From: Podarcis liolepis | Taxonomy: Eukaryota | DNA length: 64,000 nucleotides | Direction: 5' to 3' (one strand) | Assembly: GCA_965112155.1 (NCBI GenBank) | Contig: OZ218102.1 | In this document: piece by piece, positions 12,540-24,542 of the stretch | Layout of the letters: each line of letters opens with the position of its first letter | Numbering within the stretch: the first letter of the stretch is position 1 | Program-made: the position numbers and the translations under genes | Notes under the pieces: model-generated | Told to the model about the DNA's origin: nothing | The model's input: only the letters and a program-made list of their open reading frames with translations | The model's database searches: none

Positions 12540-13255
12540 GTTGGGCCTTCTGCCAGTATCAGAAATGCATTTCTCCAAGAGGAAACATTTCTGAAAGGAA
12601 ATATGTTCCATGCGTCCCAAAGCTATCAAAGAACAAGGTCACATCATGCCCACTGACTGCATGAAACATATTTGATGCGTTTGCTCTCCTAGCATTCCAG
12701 GTAGTTGTAATTTCATGTGCTTTGTTGTAACAGCTGTGTTTGTCCATACCTCAGTCCCTGGAATGTGCTGCAAGCCAGACACAATGATCACATCCACATC
12801 TGTGCCTGCTGTCCCGACAACCATCTTTTCCTGCCTGCTATGTGCTGCATCTGATACTCAACATCAGACATGTGTCAGCTTCCTCATGCAAACGTGGCTC
12901 AATGCAACCTTTGCTTTCTCTGCCTGGGAAGCATAGTACTTGGACCTCAGAGATACTGTACAGTTGTTAGCCTTCTGTTTTAATCGAAGTAACATGTTCC
13001 ACCAGCAGCTGAAACAGATCAGTTTTATTTTCATTGACCTGAAGAAAGTGGGGCCAGTTACTTGGCATCTTTGATGCAGGACAAACTCTCCATCTCAGAC
13101 CTTTGCTTCTTTTCTTTCTGGCTGCTTTAAAGCTACCTTTGATACAGCTATCCCACATATGTCTAGCCTGTCTTCTAGGTTTGTAAAATACTTTGGAGAA
13201 AAAACTGTTAATGTTCAAAAGGTTCCTGCTAGGAAGGCACCATCCAGATATCTCC
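12540..13255 (-). pseudogene. Degenerate XPG/FEN1-type PIN nuclease domain, probably a fossil Academ (AcademX) DNA-transposon fragment
   Basis: Joining frames across frameshifts gives LDGA ... RLDI-WD..KGSFKAARKKRSKGLRWRV.PASKMPSNWPHFLQVNENKTDLFQLL ... PRLHEEADT.LML ... VVGTAGTDVDVI ... AHEI ... MFHAVSGHD ... WDAWNIFP ... AFLILAEGP. This is the ordered acidic-motif series of XPG-like domains. Confidence 0.72.
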
Positions 13256-13438
13256 ATGTTAACTACAAATACACATTTGTCTCTCTCATGCTCCCCTACC
13301 CTTACTGGGAAAATAAAATGTATAAGTGTCCCAAGTTTCATATGAGTCCAAAGTGCTTAATTCTAGTTCCACTCAAAATAGAGATTGCTGCACCAGCCTT
13401 GCAGCCAGACCTCTCCACATCTGCTTCTTAAGCAAATA

Positions 13439-13664
13439 CAGTGGTACCTCTGGTTATGAACTTAATTCATTCCAGAGGACCATTCTTAACCTGAAACCGT
13501 TCTTAACCTGAGGCACCACTTTAGTTAATGGGGCCTCCCACTGCCACCGTGCTGCCGGCACACAATTTCTGTTCTCATCCTGAGGTAAAGTTCTTAACCC
13601 GAGGTACTACTTCCGGGTTAGGGGAGTCTGTAACCCGAAGTGTTTGTAACCCGAGGTACCACTG
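13439..13664. mobile_element. Tc1/mariner MITE, same family and orientation as 11989-12230
   Basis: Same TIR and TA TSD, homologous interior. Confidence 0.92.
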
Positions 13665-14588
13665 TAAGCTTATTTCAGAGGAGTTGGCAGAGGGCCCTCT
13701 AAGAAAGGAGAGGTATTGCTCTCCTCCCCTTAACTCAGACTTCACCAACCTAGTGACCTCCAGATATTGGTGGACCACATCACCCATCATCTCTGACTAC
13801 TGGCCATGCTGGTTGGAGGTTATGGAAGCCACCATGTGGTGTCTTATATTTTCTCTCTACAGTTTCACATAGAAGCACAAACTACATTATGGCTGCAACA
13901 GCCTTGAGAGACTGATGGAGCTGTCCATTTTTTCCTGTTATGAGAAAGAGAATTCTGCAATCATATCAATATTATTTTGTGTGCAGTTGTAACCAATCAG
14001 TGAGGGGAAGGATAAAAAGACACACAATGAAGACTCAATGAACTGTGCATGTGCCAATTCTAAAATCAATTTCAGAAACTTTCAGAGATTAACCAGATTA
14101 ACTAGAACACTGGTAGAGTCAATATGTACAACTTTAACAAAACAATGTGGGGAAACTACTCAGATCTACTCATACTAGTTGGCTTGTATTCTATCTGCAA
14201 CCTCTCATCCTGTTCCACCTTCCCCAGGCCTAAGTTAGGGAGCAAAGTGTCTAGTGATGGATTGTACAGAGCACAGGTAGCCAATGCAGTGGCCTCTAGC
14301 TGTTGTTAAGACCGCAACTCCCATCATGTCTGGGCATTTTTCATGCTCGCTGGGGTTGAGGGAAGTTGCAGTCCAACAATATATGGAGGGCACCTGGTAT
14401 GGAGTGCTTTCGCTTTTATAATCAAGTTGTGCTTTCCTCACTCTTACTTCTTCCTAGATCCTCACTCACTGCTCCCCCTTCACTTTGAAACTTTGCTGGT
14501 TTGGTTCAGATATGCTTCCTTTAATTGCATACATTTCATTTCCGGAAACAGAAGTTTCTGTTGTGTGGCTGGTATTTGCCCTTAAGGT

Positions 14589-15045
14589 TCAATTGTAACC
14601 CTTCTAACCTCCTTTGGGGTAGGTTTGTGGGTATGGCAGAAGGAGATAGGATCTGCCCATGTGACGCCCACCTGGTGGAAACTCTAGCTCTCATGGCCCT
14701 TCATTGTAAAATATATGATGATCTCCGCCAACAACTCTTAGACCACCTATGTATCCCAACATGGAAACCAGAGACAGAGGTTATACGCTTCTTATTACAG
14801 GGGAGAGACCAAGAGCTCACCAAGACAGTAGCCAAGTTCCTCTGTTTGATTTTCTGCCGCCGAAGTACGCCACAGGACCCTGCCCTTGCTGGAGTCCCAC
14901 AGAGGTGAAATAGATTGCTCGCCTCTTCTTCCCTTTGGCAAATGACTGTACTGTTGAAATGGCAATGAGATCGCATTGGCCTATTTATTCTGAATGTTTG
15001 TAAGTGATGCCAATAAAGGCTTGTTGATGATGATGATGATGATGA
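14589..15045 (+). mobile_element. RTEX-like LINE 3' fragment
   Basis: Encodes RFNCNPSNLLWGRF...RICPCD..VETL.L.ALHC..Y.DLR (C-terminal zinc-knuckle region), then AATAAA and a (GAT)n tail. 16-bp TSD tatttgcccttaaggt at 14573-14588 and 15046-15061. Confidence 0.8.
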
Positions 15046-15534
15046 TATTTGCCCTTAAGGTGGAATTTAGCTTTTTACTAATTATGGGGCATGTTTTGCC
15101 CAAATTCGTATTTTGCTGCATGTCTGCACAGTATGCAATTTAATTTAAAACCTGAACCAAGTCTGAGTAACTTTAGAAAATTCCTTACCTTCAGATCCAC
15201 ACACTACCTGGCAAATTTATCATTATGTATGTGATTCACTCTTACAGCATTCCCTCGAGTGTTATAAAGAGACAATAAAGTGGGAATCTATGGTCTTGCT
15301 ACAGTGCTCATATAATAGAAGGGGAGTTCAGGCTGGGTGCTCAATTCTTGTATCGAGTGTAGGAATAAATCGAATGTAGGAATAAAGCAATATAATATCT
15401 AGCAATCTGGCTCACTGCTCTAGTATAAGGTACAATACACTCACACCGTATACTGTGATCTTCTTAAAACTCATAGTTCTCCACATATTAAAAAGTATAG
15501 AAGCTATGCTGTTCCAACAGAGAAAAAGTCCAAA

Positions 15535-15630
15535 ATCCACGGTGAGGCAATACATTTATTAGAACCAACCAAAAACTCATAAAATACTGAGCAAGGTTTT
15601 GGGTTCTTCATAGCTCTTCATCAGCTGCAT
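15535..15630 (-). mobile_element. Decayed Penelope-like terminal repeat with an eroded hammerhead core
   Basis: Minus strand reads CTGATGA-agagc...aaaaccttg...ttggttctaataaatgtattgcctcacc, resembling old amniote Penelope 3' ends. Confidence 0.45.
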
Positions 15631-18600
15631 GTTAAACAAAGCAGCAGGGAAGGGAGAGAAAAAAAGTTGGCAGATGTTAAAGCCATGGAATTTGCAGCTG
15701 GCATTCCTAGGTGCAACCTGAAAACTAGTAGAGCCTCACTCCTCCAACACTCAATTTTAAGAATGAATTTAGTCAGACTCCAGCTTCCCACCAATCCTTT
15801 TTCTAGAGAACTTAAAAGCGCAGAGATCTTCACACTATCACTTGCACATAAAAATATAAGAGCGGCCCTGCTGAATCAACCCAAAAGCTCATCTAGTCTA
15901 GCATTCTGTTCTCAAATGACCAACCAGATGCCCATGGGAAAGCTACAAACAGAACCTGCTTATTTCCAGCAACTGACACAGTGAGGCATTTTTGAAAAGC
16001 AATTTGCAGTGGGGGAGGCCATGTTAAAGGAGGAGACAAAAAGGCATGTTAAGGGCAAGCCTGATTCAGAAAATACTGCCCTCACTCATATTTTGATAGG
16101 CCATGCAATATAATACCATCTTCACGCTCACTACACAATCCCTGTGGCTGGAGCAGAACACCATTACCATGAAGAAAACCATCTAATTATGTGTGTGTGT
16201 GTACACACATGCACGCACGCGCGCACACGCACACACACACACAATGCTAAAGCATCAGCTGTTGAGGTGGATAAAGGCAGCTAACAAACTGAGTGCGGGG
16301 AAAGTTCGAGAACATTTTGATATCCTTGGAAGCTCTACTTTTATCCACAACATTGAAACAAGTGGATATTTGGTGCAGCTCCAAAATACTGTCAAGGCGA
16401 GAAATTAAATCAACAGAGACAGTTTGTGCCATTGTTAAGTGGTCAGTGAATTGCTTCAAATGAACATTCAGCCCAGTCCTATGAGATCAGGGAGAAGCAA
16501 TATTTCAAAGAGCTGATTATCTCTTGAGATTAGGAAAAGAAATGTTGGCCAGAAGTAAACACACAATCCCATCTATTTGATCTCATGACAGTGATCAGTT
16601 TATATCTATTTTAATTCTGCAGAGTAGCCACAAATCCCAACAAGAGCATTGGAGCAAACATAATGCAGACAGTTCAAGGAGAACCAGAAAAAAGCATTCA
16701 TTATGTAGCCTGGTTTCACTTGCAAAACTATGTGCTGGTGAATGTACACAATGGACAAAACAATGTGCCATTTTAGCTGAAACAATGAGTCTTCCACTTA
16801 ACAGTTGATTTTTAATTTTTTAAGCAGTGGGAATCAAGGAGTGCTGTTCTTAGATAGCTCCCTTGGCTGTGTCAGTTGGATACATAGATATCAAATAAGC
16901 AAGAAGAGGAGTTCATTTCATATCTGGTGCATCTCTCAGCTGCAGATGTTCTGGCTTGCTCCTCTGCCTTCTCGCTTCTGGCACCGAGTCCTCCTGTCTT
17001 CCAGTCTCCACTGTTCTCCATCACACCATTTCCTCAAAGTCCAGCTTTATTCTCCACTGCCACGAAAAGGCAGAAGTAGTAGGAAGTAGGAGCACAGGCA
17101 CCCACGACACCAGGGTCCAGCCCAGCAATGTTTACCTTTGGCTGTGCAAGCACTGTAGTCATGAGAGCGCTACTATCAGCATGGTTCCCAACAACAGTAT
17201 AAAAAGCATTAAAGAATAGTTGTTGTGCTGTCCTCTAAATCAAGGACATGGAGCACTAACATGCTATAGTATCTCAGAATATTGTGCGTATGCCTGGGCT
17301 TTTTTTAGGGGAAAGACCCCCAGGTGAGTTACATGTGCATGTGCATATATGTATGTAAAAAGATTGTGAGTCCTTACATCCTATGCTCAAGGTTGTATAT
17401 ATGCGTAAATAAAACCATAGATATTAAAGACACCATAGTCTCCACTGACCTTCCTTCCAAGGAAACCAAGGGTAAGCACTTGAAATCCCTGGAGTCTCTC
17501 ACTGCTTGGAGATTGGAGTGGCAAGCATTGTTTAGATGTGCATATATTAAGAGAATATATATTTTTGAACATGTTTTTAAATTACAATGTTTGTGTGGAC
17601 ATCAGATAAAAATAAATAGCATATTAATGCAGATACAGGCCTTAATTGACCAAGTAAACACATGCAAAAGAGGAGTAGAAACAGATTGATTCATTCATTA
17701 CACATGACTTGCTTACAAGCACTTTCATTTGCAGTGTCCACACTGGAGAACAGATAACAGAAATCCACTGCCATCAATATGTAGACTGTTTGTTGAGCTG
17801 TGGAACAATTTGAAGAGTATGTGAGTTTTCAGACTTGCCTGAACTAAGCTTCCCTTCGCTTGAAGACTCTACGGCTTTCTTTTAAGGTCTATAAGGCATT
17901 TATAAGTAAGTTGTGCAAGATAGCCAATGAACAAAATGAAACGTTGTGGACTGACCATGACAACAAAAAAGCAGCCCATGAAACCTTCAATTATCACTAC
18001 TGAGGACAGAAAAATAAAAGTCTTTCCCGTGCCCAAAGATGCAACCTTCGTAACCTTAACCTCTGACTCCAGTGGCGTAATTATAATCAGAGAATGAAAA
18101 CCATCTCTTGTTCTGAATACAAAGCCACAAAAATAGAGATGGCAGCAAACTGAATAGGCTCAAAAAGACTTGCAAAGAAGAAGGGCAGGGATCAACACAG
18201 CAGCAGAGCAACATTTCAGGACCAGAGAGGGCTGGAGACAAAAGGACTGCACTTTTGTTCACACTCAAAGGAGGAAGGGGGAAAAACATCAAAAGAATAC
18301 CAGCTTAAGCCACCAAAGCAATGTATGGGGTCAGGCCTAGCACAAGGAGGCAACCTCACAGTCCGTGGAACTTACAAGTGAAGGGAAAGAGCTAAAGTAG
18401 TCTTATCCAGTTATTAGCATGGCTGAACTCATGCCCCAATTCCAAAACCGCAATGCACAAGCATTGTTACGAATAGTGGGTGAAACACCCCCCTCGTTTT
18501 CATTTTATTTTTTAAAACAAGATTCTAGCTTTGTTAAGCAAAGTCTGTAGCTGTATAAGCAATGACCAGTGAAATATCAAGGTGAGTTATAGGTCTTCTC

Positions 18601-18752
18601 CTCATAGTAAGCTGCTTTATACCAGGGCAAACTAACTATCCATCTAGTGCAGCATTAACTCCCCTTCGCTGGCAGCAGCTCTCCAGGGTCTTTCTATGAT
18701 GGACATGCCAGGAATTGAAACAAGGGTCACATCCACACTATGGCTTAGATAG

Positions 18753-18816
18753 CTCTGGTCCATGGGGTCACGAAGAGTCGGAAACGACTAAACGACTAAA
18801 CAACAACAACAACAAA
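18753..18816 (+). mobile_element. BovB/RTE LINE 3' tail fragment
   Basis: gtccatggggtcacgaagagtcggaaacgactaaacgactaaa(caa)n is the BovB-type terminus. Nested in an older MITE. Confidence 0.8.
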
Positions 18817-19426
18817 GAACCCTGGGAACTGCAATTTATTAAGGCTGCTAGGAACTGCAGCTCTGTGAGAGGTAAACTACAGGTACCAGGATTCTTGGGG
18901 GGAAGCCACATGCTTTAAGTGAATGGTGTAGATCTGGAGCTTTCTATGTAAGAAATGTATGCTCTACTGCTGGCAGCTATGATTCCCTCCCTATAAACAG
19001 CAGTAGAAAAATCACACGAGATAAGCAAGCATGTGAGAATGTACTTAATTTGTACAATTACAATTTGTATAATGTATGAACATTTCAGAATTCAGCTTTC
19101 ATTTGTGAAGGAAGAAGGGAGAGGTTTAGCAGAAATGACACAAAGTCCTGGTGACGTGATCATATTTTATCGGCCTAGCCCTCAGGAACTTGGCAAGAAC
19201 AAGATCTACTAAAACAAACAATGATATCGCTATTAGAATACCTTGAAAACTGAGTGAAGTTATGATGGAAGAGCTGGTCAGTGGCTCACTAGTCCAGAAT
19301 TCCATTGATATATCCTAAAACAGACTATTATAACTCTCAATAGAAACCTGGAAGTTAAAACTCTATTGTGATTGAAACTAAAATTTATGCAGAAGATTTC
19401 ATAGCTCTTTACCATGAAGCAATTAC

Positions 19427-19579
19427 TGTATTTACTTGAATCTAATGCTCACCTTTTTTGGCCAAATTACGTTGCAAAAATTAAGGTGTGCTTTGATTCA
19501 ATGACACATTTACAAATACTTTTTTTTTTGTTTCAACTTTCTGAAAATTGAAGTGCACATTTGACTCGAGTAAATATGG
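19427..19579. mobile_element. Old Tigger-like MITE
   Basis: Degenerate TIRs ctgtatttacttgaatc / gactcgagtaaatatgg, preceded by TA. Confidence 0.55.
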
Positions 19580-21263
19580 CATCTTTTCTGGCTGGGAAAT
19601 TGAAGCACACACAGAAGTCAAGTGCTCACAGGAGCTGCCACATTTATTTCAATGGAAGAGGATGGTTCTATGTTTTCCCACCTTTATGTGCACAGAAACA
19701 TTTCAAACATTTAAATTAATAAGGATTAAATTCAAAATGTTGCATTCTGATGATTAGGGGGCAGAGAAGCTTTGTGTGCTCTGATTCATGACTGCTGCTG
19801 AATTTACAGTTTGATATTGTTCAAACAACTGCCTGTGGTGAGTTGTTATGATTTCTAGTCATTTTTGCTCTGTGTAGCTTTTTCATTTCCATGCAGAGCC
19901 CCAGACGGTGACCCCATGTCACTTTTACAGGTATTCAAAGAGTATCATGTTTGAGGCTCCAGTACTCGGCTGGCATCAAATAATATGCAGCATAGACAGC
20001 TGCCTAGATACCACTCAGCCACCCCACATAAACAGTGCTATGAACCAGAACTCCGCTTTCCCAACCTTTTAGTCCTCAGTTGCTGCTTTAAAAAGGCCAT
20101 CCAGACTGCCATAGAATTACAGGTGCAAGCAATACAATGCCAAATCCATATGCTCCTTACATATATATTTCCCAATAAAATGGTAAATACATATGTAACT
20201 AATTTACAAACAGGCTTCACTTTATCACTGATTCCCTACTAATATAGTGTAATGTTCAAATCACTTATAGCTAGATCTGGTCTGCAGTCTGATTGATGTG
20301 TTGAAATGAACACAAAATGGTACATTTCTGAACCAGTCATCAGGTTTAGGTCTAATTTGCCCTAATTCATCAAATCTCCTAGCAGAGCAATAATAGAGTC
20401 TGTAGTAGGGCAAAGTACCTGCCTTTGATCTCCCCCCAATGCTTCCTAACATCTTACACATTTGAGAGGTTGCTTAAACTTTGAACTATACCACTGACAA
20501 TCTAAGCTAATAATTACTTTTGGCAGACTGGTTGTTTTTAGCAGGTTTTTTAATTAAAAAAAAATACCCCACAGTCATTTCATGGTTGAAATAGTTGCCA
20601 TGCTGTTCCCACTGAGAGATTCTCCTTTTCCTTTCTTGTTGAAAGGAACCCCATGAATTTGTGTCCTTGTTCATTTACATCTCCCAGTTATATTTTGATC
20701 AAGAATTTTGTTGCTCGCATCAGTACTCAGATCCTTGTGTAATCAGAAGCCCAGAGTGTTTGGCAGGGAGTCAATGTGTCCCAGCAGTTGGCTGTAAAGC
20801 ATGTTACTTCCCTCACCTTGGCTGCTGCAGACAGTGCTTATGCCTAAATAGCATTTAGAGATACTGAAGTGCCTTATAGGCAGGTATTAGTTCTGTTTTT
20901 TACAACTAATTGGATGGTATCTAATTAGGAATATGAATGCACCTCCTTTCAAAATGCATGGAATTCTTTATTTCGACTCATTTTGTGAGGCACTGTTCTG
21001 AACCAGATCTCTGGTTCAAGGGTAAGGGGAAGTGTGCCCTCTGTTATTAAAGCAAACCTCAGAAACACTTCAGGTGTCAAGCTCTTGTAACAAAGTCAAT
21101 GAAACAGAAATGTCCAGATGGCGTATTGGACTATTTAACTTCTTCTGACTTTTCCTTGAGTTGCCAATGTTAAGCATATTCTAATGCAGATAAGGTAACA
21201 GCTGGCACCAGTATCTGGGAAACATGGGCACCTGCCTAGGACTAATTTGCTGTGATTCCTACT

Positions 21264-21322
21264 TAGAATCATAGAATCATAGAGTTGGAAGAGACCACAA
21301 GGGCCATCGAGTCCAACCCCCC
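21264..21322 (-). mobile_element. CR1 3' terminal fragment
   Basis: Reverse complement ends tcttccaactctatgattctatgattcta, the CR1 (ATTCTATG)n tail. Confidence 0.8.
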
Positions 21323-23774
21323 ATACTTTCCCATTCATTCTCCTTAGCACCTGCTAGCCCATCCGCAAGGAACCTGCAGCCATCCATACATTATTTGACC
21401 CCCAACTTCCATTAGCCCCAGCCAGAAAGGACAATGGTCAGTGATGATGGGACTTGCAGTCCAACAACATTCGAAGATCCACATGTTTCCCATCCCTGCT
21501 GTAAGCCCTTGAGTAGGGTGAATTAAAAATAGCAGAAATGAACAAGCTGTGTAACAGCTGTCTTTTGGGTATGGGGGAAGAATGAAGAGTTTCTACTGAG
21601 GGGTGTTTTTAAAAATAAATACTAGCAGCATTACAAACCGCAGGAACTGTTCCTGGACAAGACCATTTACAGCCTGATAAAGCATTATGTTCAAAATTAA
21701 AAGGCAAGGCATAAGTACTATTAACAAATAATTAAATGTATTATATGTTATGCATTATACTTATATTAATCTGCTGGTTGGTTGTTGTGTTTTTTTTACA
21801 AAAGAAGCCTCAGAGTGACTCACACAATAAGGAAGGGAATCCTGACACAATTCAAACAACTATAACTATAGAAAACCAAATGCAAATATTACTAGAATAA
21901 GAGAACTACCCTCTCCCCACTTCCAACATAAGATGATCACTCAAATGAATGACAGAAAATAGTGACTTCTATTTTTGATAGGAACACATGTTGTGAAGTC
22001 TAGCGGTACAAATTCTATTGGTTCAGATCAGCATTGCTCCTCCAAACCTATCTTGCCCATAGCCTTCCAAATATGGACACAGAAGAGACTAGCCCACAAA
22101 AATATTTTCTAGTCTGCCTTCCCATATGTGCCTATGTTAGCAATTGGTGGCCTTAAAGAAAAGGAGCGCTGAAAGTGTCCTTTCCTCATCGTGAGGTGAC
22201 TCTCACTTGATACAGGCGAACAGGCAAGGGCTGCTTGAAAACCTGCCATAACGTTAAGCCTATTTTCATGTGGCACAGAAAAACTAGATTTCGATAATCA
22301 TAGGACTAAACACCTCTGCTGGAATGTCCTGTTCCATAATAGTCTAGCAAGAGTTTTCAGTTATCCTGTCTAGGAGAGAATGAGGGAGCAAGAAAGAGAG
22401 CGAGAAAAAGTGCAACTGTTCCTGTGCTATCAAGCACTAAGCTGTTATTTCAGGACTCTGATGGATGTCGAAAGCAGAGCTGCAACCAATTTTGCCTAAA
22501 GCAAAATTTGAGTAGAATTTGGAGGTTTGGTCTCTGATGGAATGTCCAAGGAATCTCAAGGGGAGAAAAAGAATAAAAATAAGAGTTTCAATAAAACTAG
22601 AGGATTTCTGGAGCGGAGAAAGCTCTGCTCAGTGTTTACTAAAGTGTTCACTTCTTCCTACATCCTCTGCAAAAAGTCACCTCCATTCCCCCTGTCACAT
22701 TCGCAACAGATCTTTTTCTGACCTCATCACACTGTACAAGCACAGCAAGAAGACAGGGACATATTTTAATGGTTATTTTACTGGGTATTACCAAGGTGAG
22801 TGCTCTAAATGGCGAGTGCATTTCATACATGATTTTAACATCCATACTAGGTGTAGCACCATTAACAACACTGTGAATGAGCTAATTTGGGATTTTCAGT
22901 TCATTTGCTAATTTAGATGCAAGCCCAATCCTGAACACCCCCATGTCTCACAGTCTCCATGCAGTAATCTGCTACCAGTATTTTAGAAGTATATCTCCTA
23001 CAGAAAAGTCCCCATATTTCATTATACCAAAGCACATGAAAATGCATGTTTGGGAAATAAAATTGATCTTCCTCTTCAGATATAAGGCAGTAAACATCCC
23101 TTGAAAACTTTTATCCTGTGTATATTTATACTTTGTTCTTAGAAAAAATGAACATATTGATAATGTAGCAAAAGTGTTTGCTCTGCATAATTTGCATGTA
23201 ATGTGTGTGGAATGTGAAAGAAGCTTGCCATTTAACACAATCTTATTCATTTTGGCAGGATGAGGAATCTACATTTCTTTAGGATTTTCATAAGCACAAA
23301 AGCACATGGGACATGTATTCTCTCAAACCCAAGAGCACACAATCATTCACAGCCGGGTTCAGCAGAATGTCAGGAGAGCACACCTGTTTTCCAGGAAGGA
23401 ATCTATGAGCCATGGAATCAAGCGTAATAGCTGCTAAATCCCAACATCCAAGACTTGGTGGTGAAACAGAATAGAACAGAAATCTAGAATTACAAATTAG
23501 TTCATTGGTTTTGCCATCTTAAAATATACCATGATTTAGAATATTCTGTGACTTGAAGGGCATTTGTAACATAAGGAGAGCATTCACAGCTATTCACTTT
23601 CAAGCCATGTCTCTCATGGAGCTGGAGGCTGAGAAACCAAAGTTGCTTCTGCTCTCTTCAAATACCCTGTGTTCATGCAGTTCCAGTACAGAAATTAAAT
23701 GTCTATTTAATTTTAATCCCAGCCAAAGTTACTGCCTTGCGTTGTCAATAGGGTTACTTTATGTTGTTACATCA

Positions 23775-23901
23775 CCAGTCAGTACAGAACGAGACTCTTA
23801 ATCTCAGGGCCATGGTTTGGGCCCCACATTGGGCCAAAGATTCCTGCATTGCAGGGGGTTGAACTAGAGAATCCTCATGGTCCCTTCCAATTCTATAATC
23901 C
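23775..23901 (+). mobile_element. tRNA-Lys-derived SINE with CR1-type 3' end
   Basis: Head gagactcttaatctcaggg...gccccacattgggc resembles tRNA-Lys(CTT). Tail gcattgcagggggttg...gtcccttccaattcta matches the CR1 3' ends at 46595-46660 and 59185-59255. Confidence 0.8.
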
Positions 23902-24390
23902 AAAATTAGCCTTCAATCAAGTAGCAATAATAGCTTTGTCAAATAGCTGCTAAATTTCAAAACAATTTCTGTATAGCTAATAGGATACACTGTCAAAAAA
24001 CTCTTCTTCATATGCTACACAAACATTCTATGCAATAACTCTTGCTTATTTTATTTTGCTAATGTGTTTTATTTGTTATATTATTTGGCTTGGACAAAGA
24101 ATACACATAAAGCATACATATTTGTGTCTACAAAGAGGATATGTGTGAGCAGTACAGATTCTTCCTAAGTAGGAGAAACCACACACTGCACACCTTCTCT
24201 CTCCAGTGGCTGGTTCTGAATGTTACAGTGCAGTTTCTCGAAACAAAATGCAAACTATTTTTTGAAAGAATTTGTCTTTCACACTTGCTTAGTCACTTGG
24301 CTTTAGCTCTCATTCATATGAATGCTGCACAGCAATGTGGCTGACTAATTTGTGTTAATTGGCGATGCATGAAAGAATGAAGACACTTAC

Positions 24391-24542
24391 CCGAATCATC
24401 ATAACTGAACATCTAATGTCATGAATGGTGTCATAGACCTTCTTGGAGATGTCAACAAACTGATTGTCATCAAACAGATGAATTGTATTCCTGCTTATCT
24501 TTTCCAATGCAGTGTTGACTTGACCAATAAACTCTGGAATCA
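24391..24542 (-). CDS. CTNNA3: Internal coding exon (152 bp) of catenin alpha-3 / alpha-T-catenin (vinculin family, M-domain region)
   Basis: Translates (V)IPEFIGQVNTALEKISRNTIHLFDDNQFVDISKKVYDTIHDIRCSVMMIR, matching the alpha-T-catenin motif DDNQFVDISKKIYDTIHDIRCSVMMIR. On the minus strand the acceptor is ...ttgatttaacAG (AG at 24544-24543) after a pyrimidine-rich stretch, and the donor is GTAAGT at 24390-24385. Phase 1 start, phase 0 end. Confidence 0.95.

Noticed and set aside
11989-13664. Two same-orientation mariner MITEs flanking the XPG relic, read as a composite transposon carrying cargo
   Set aside because: The sequence just right of the first MITE (tggtgt) completes the older MITE it interrupted (compare 18915-18932), so it inserted independently. 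TA TSDs cannot demonstrate joint movement.
24355-24390. ORF-track extension VSVFILSCIAN as coding
   Set aside because: It lies beyond the GTAAGT splice donor and is intronic.
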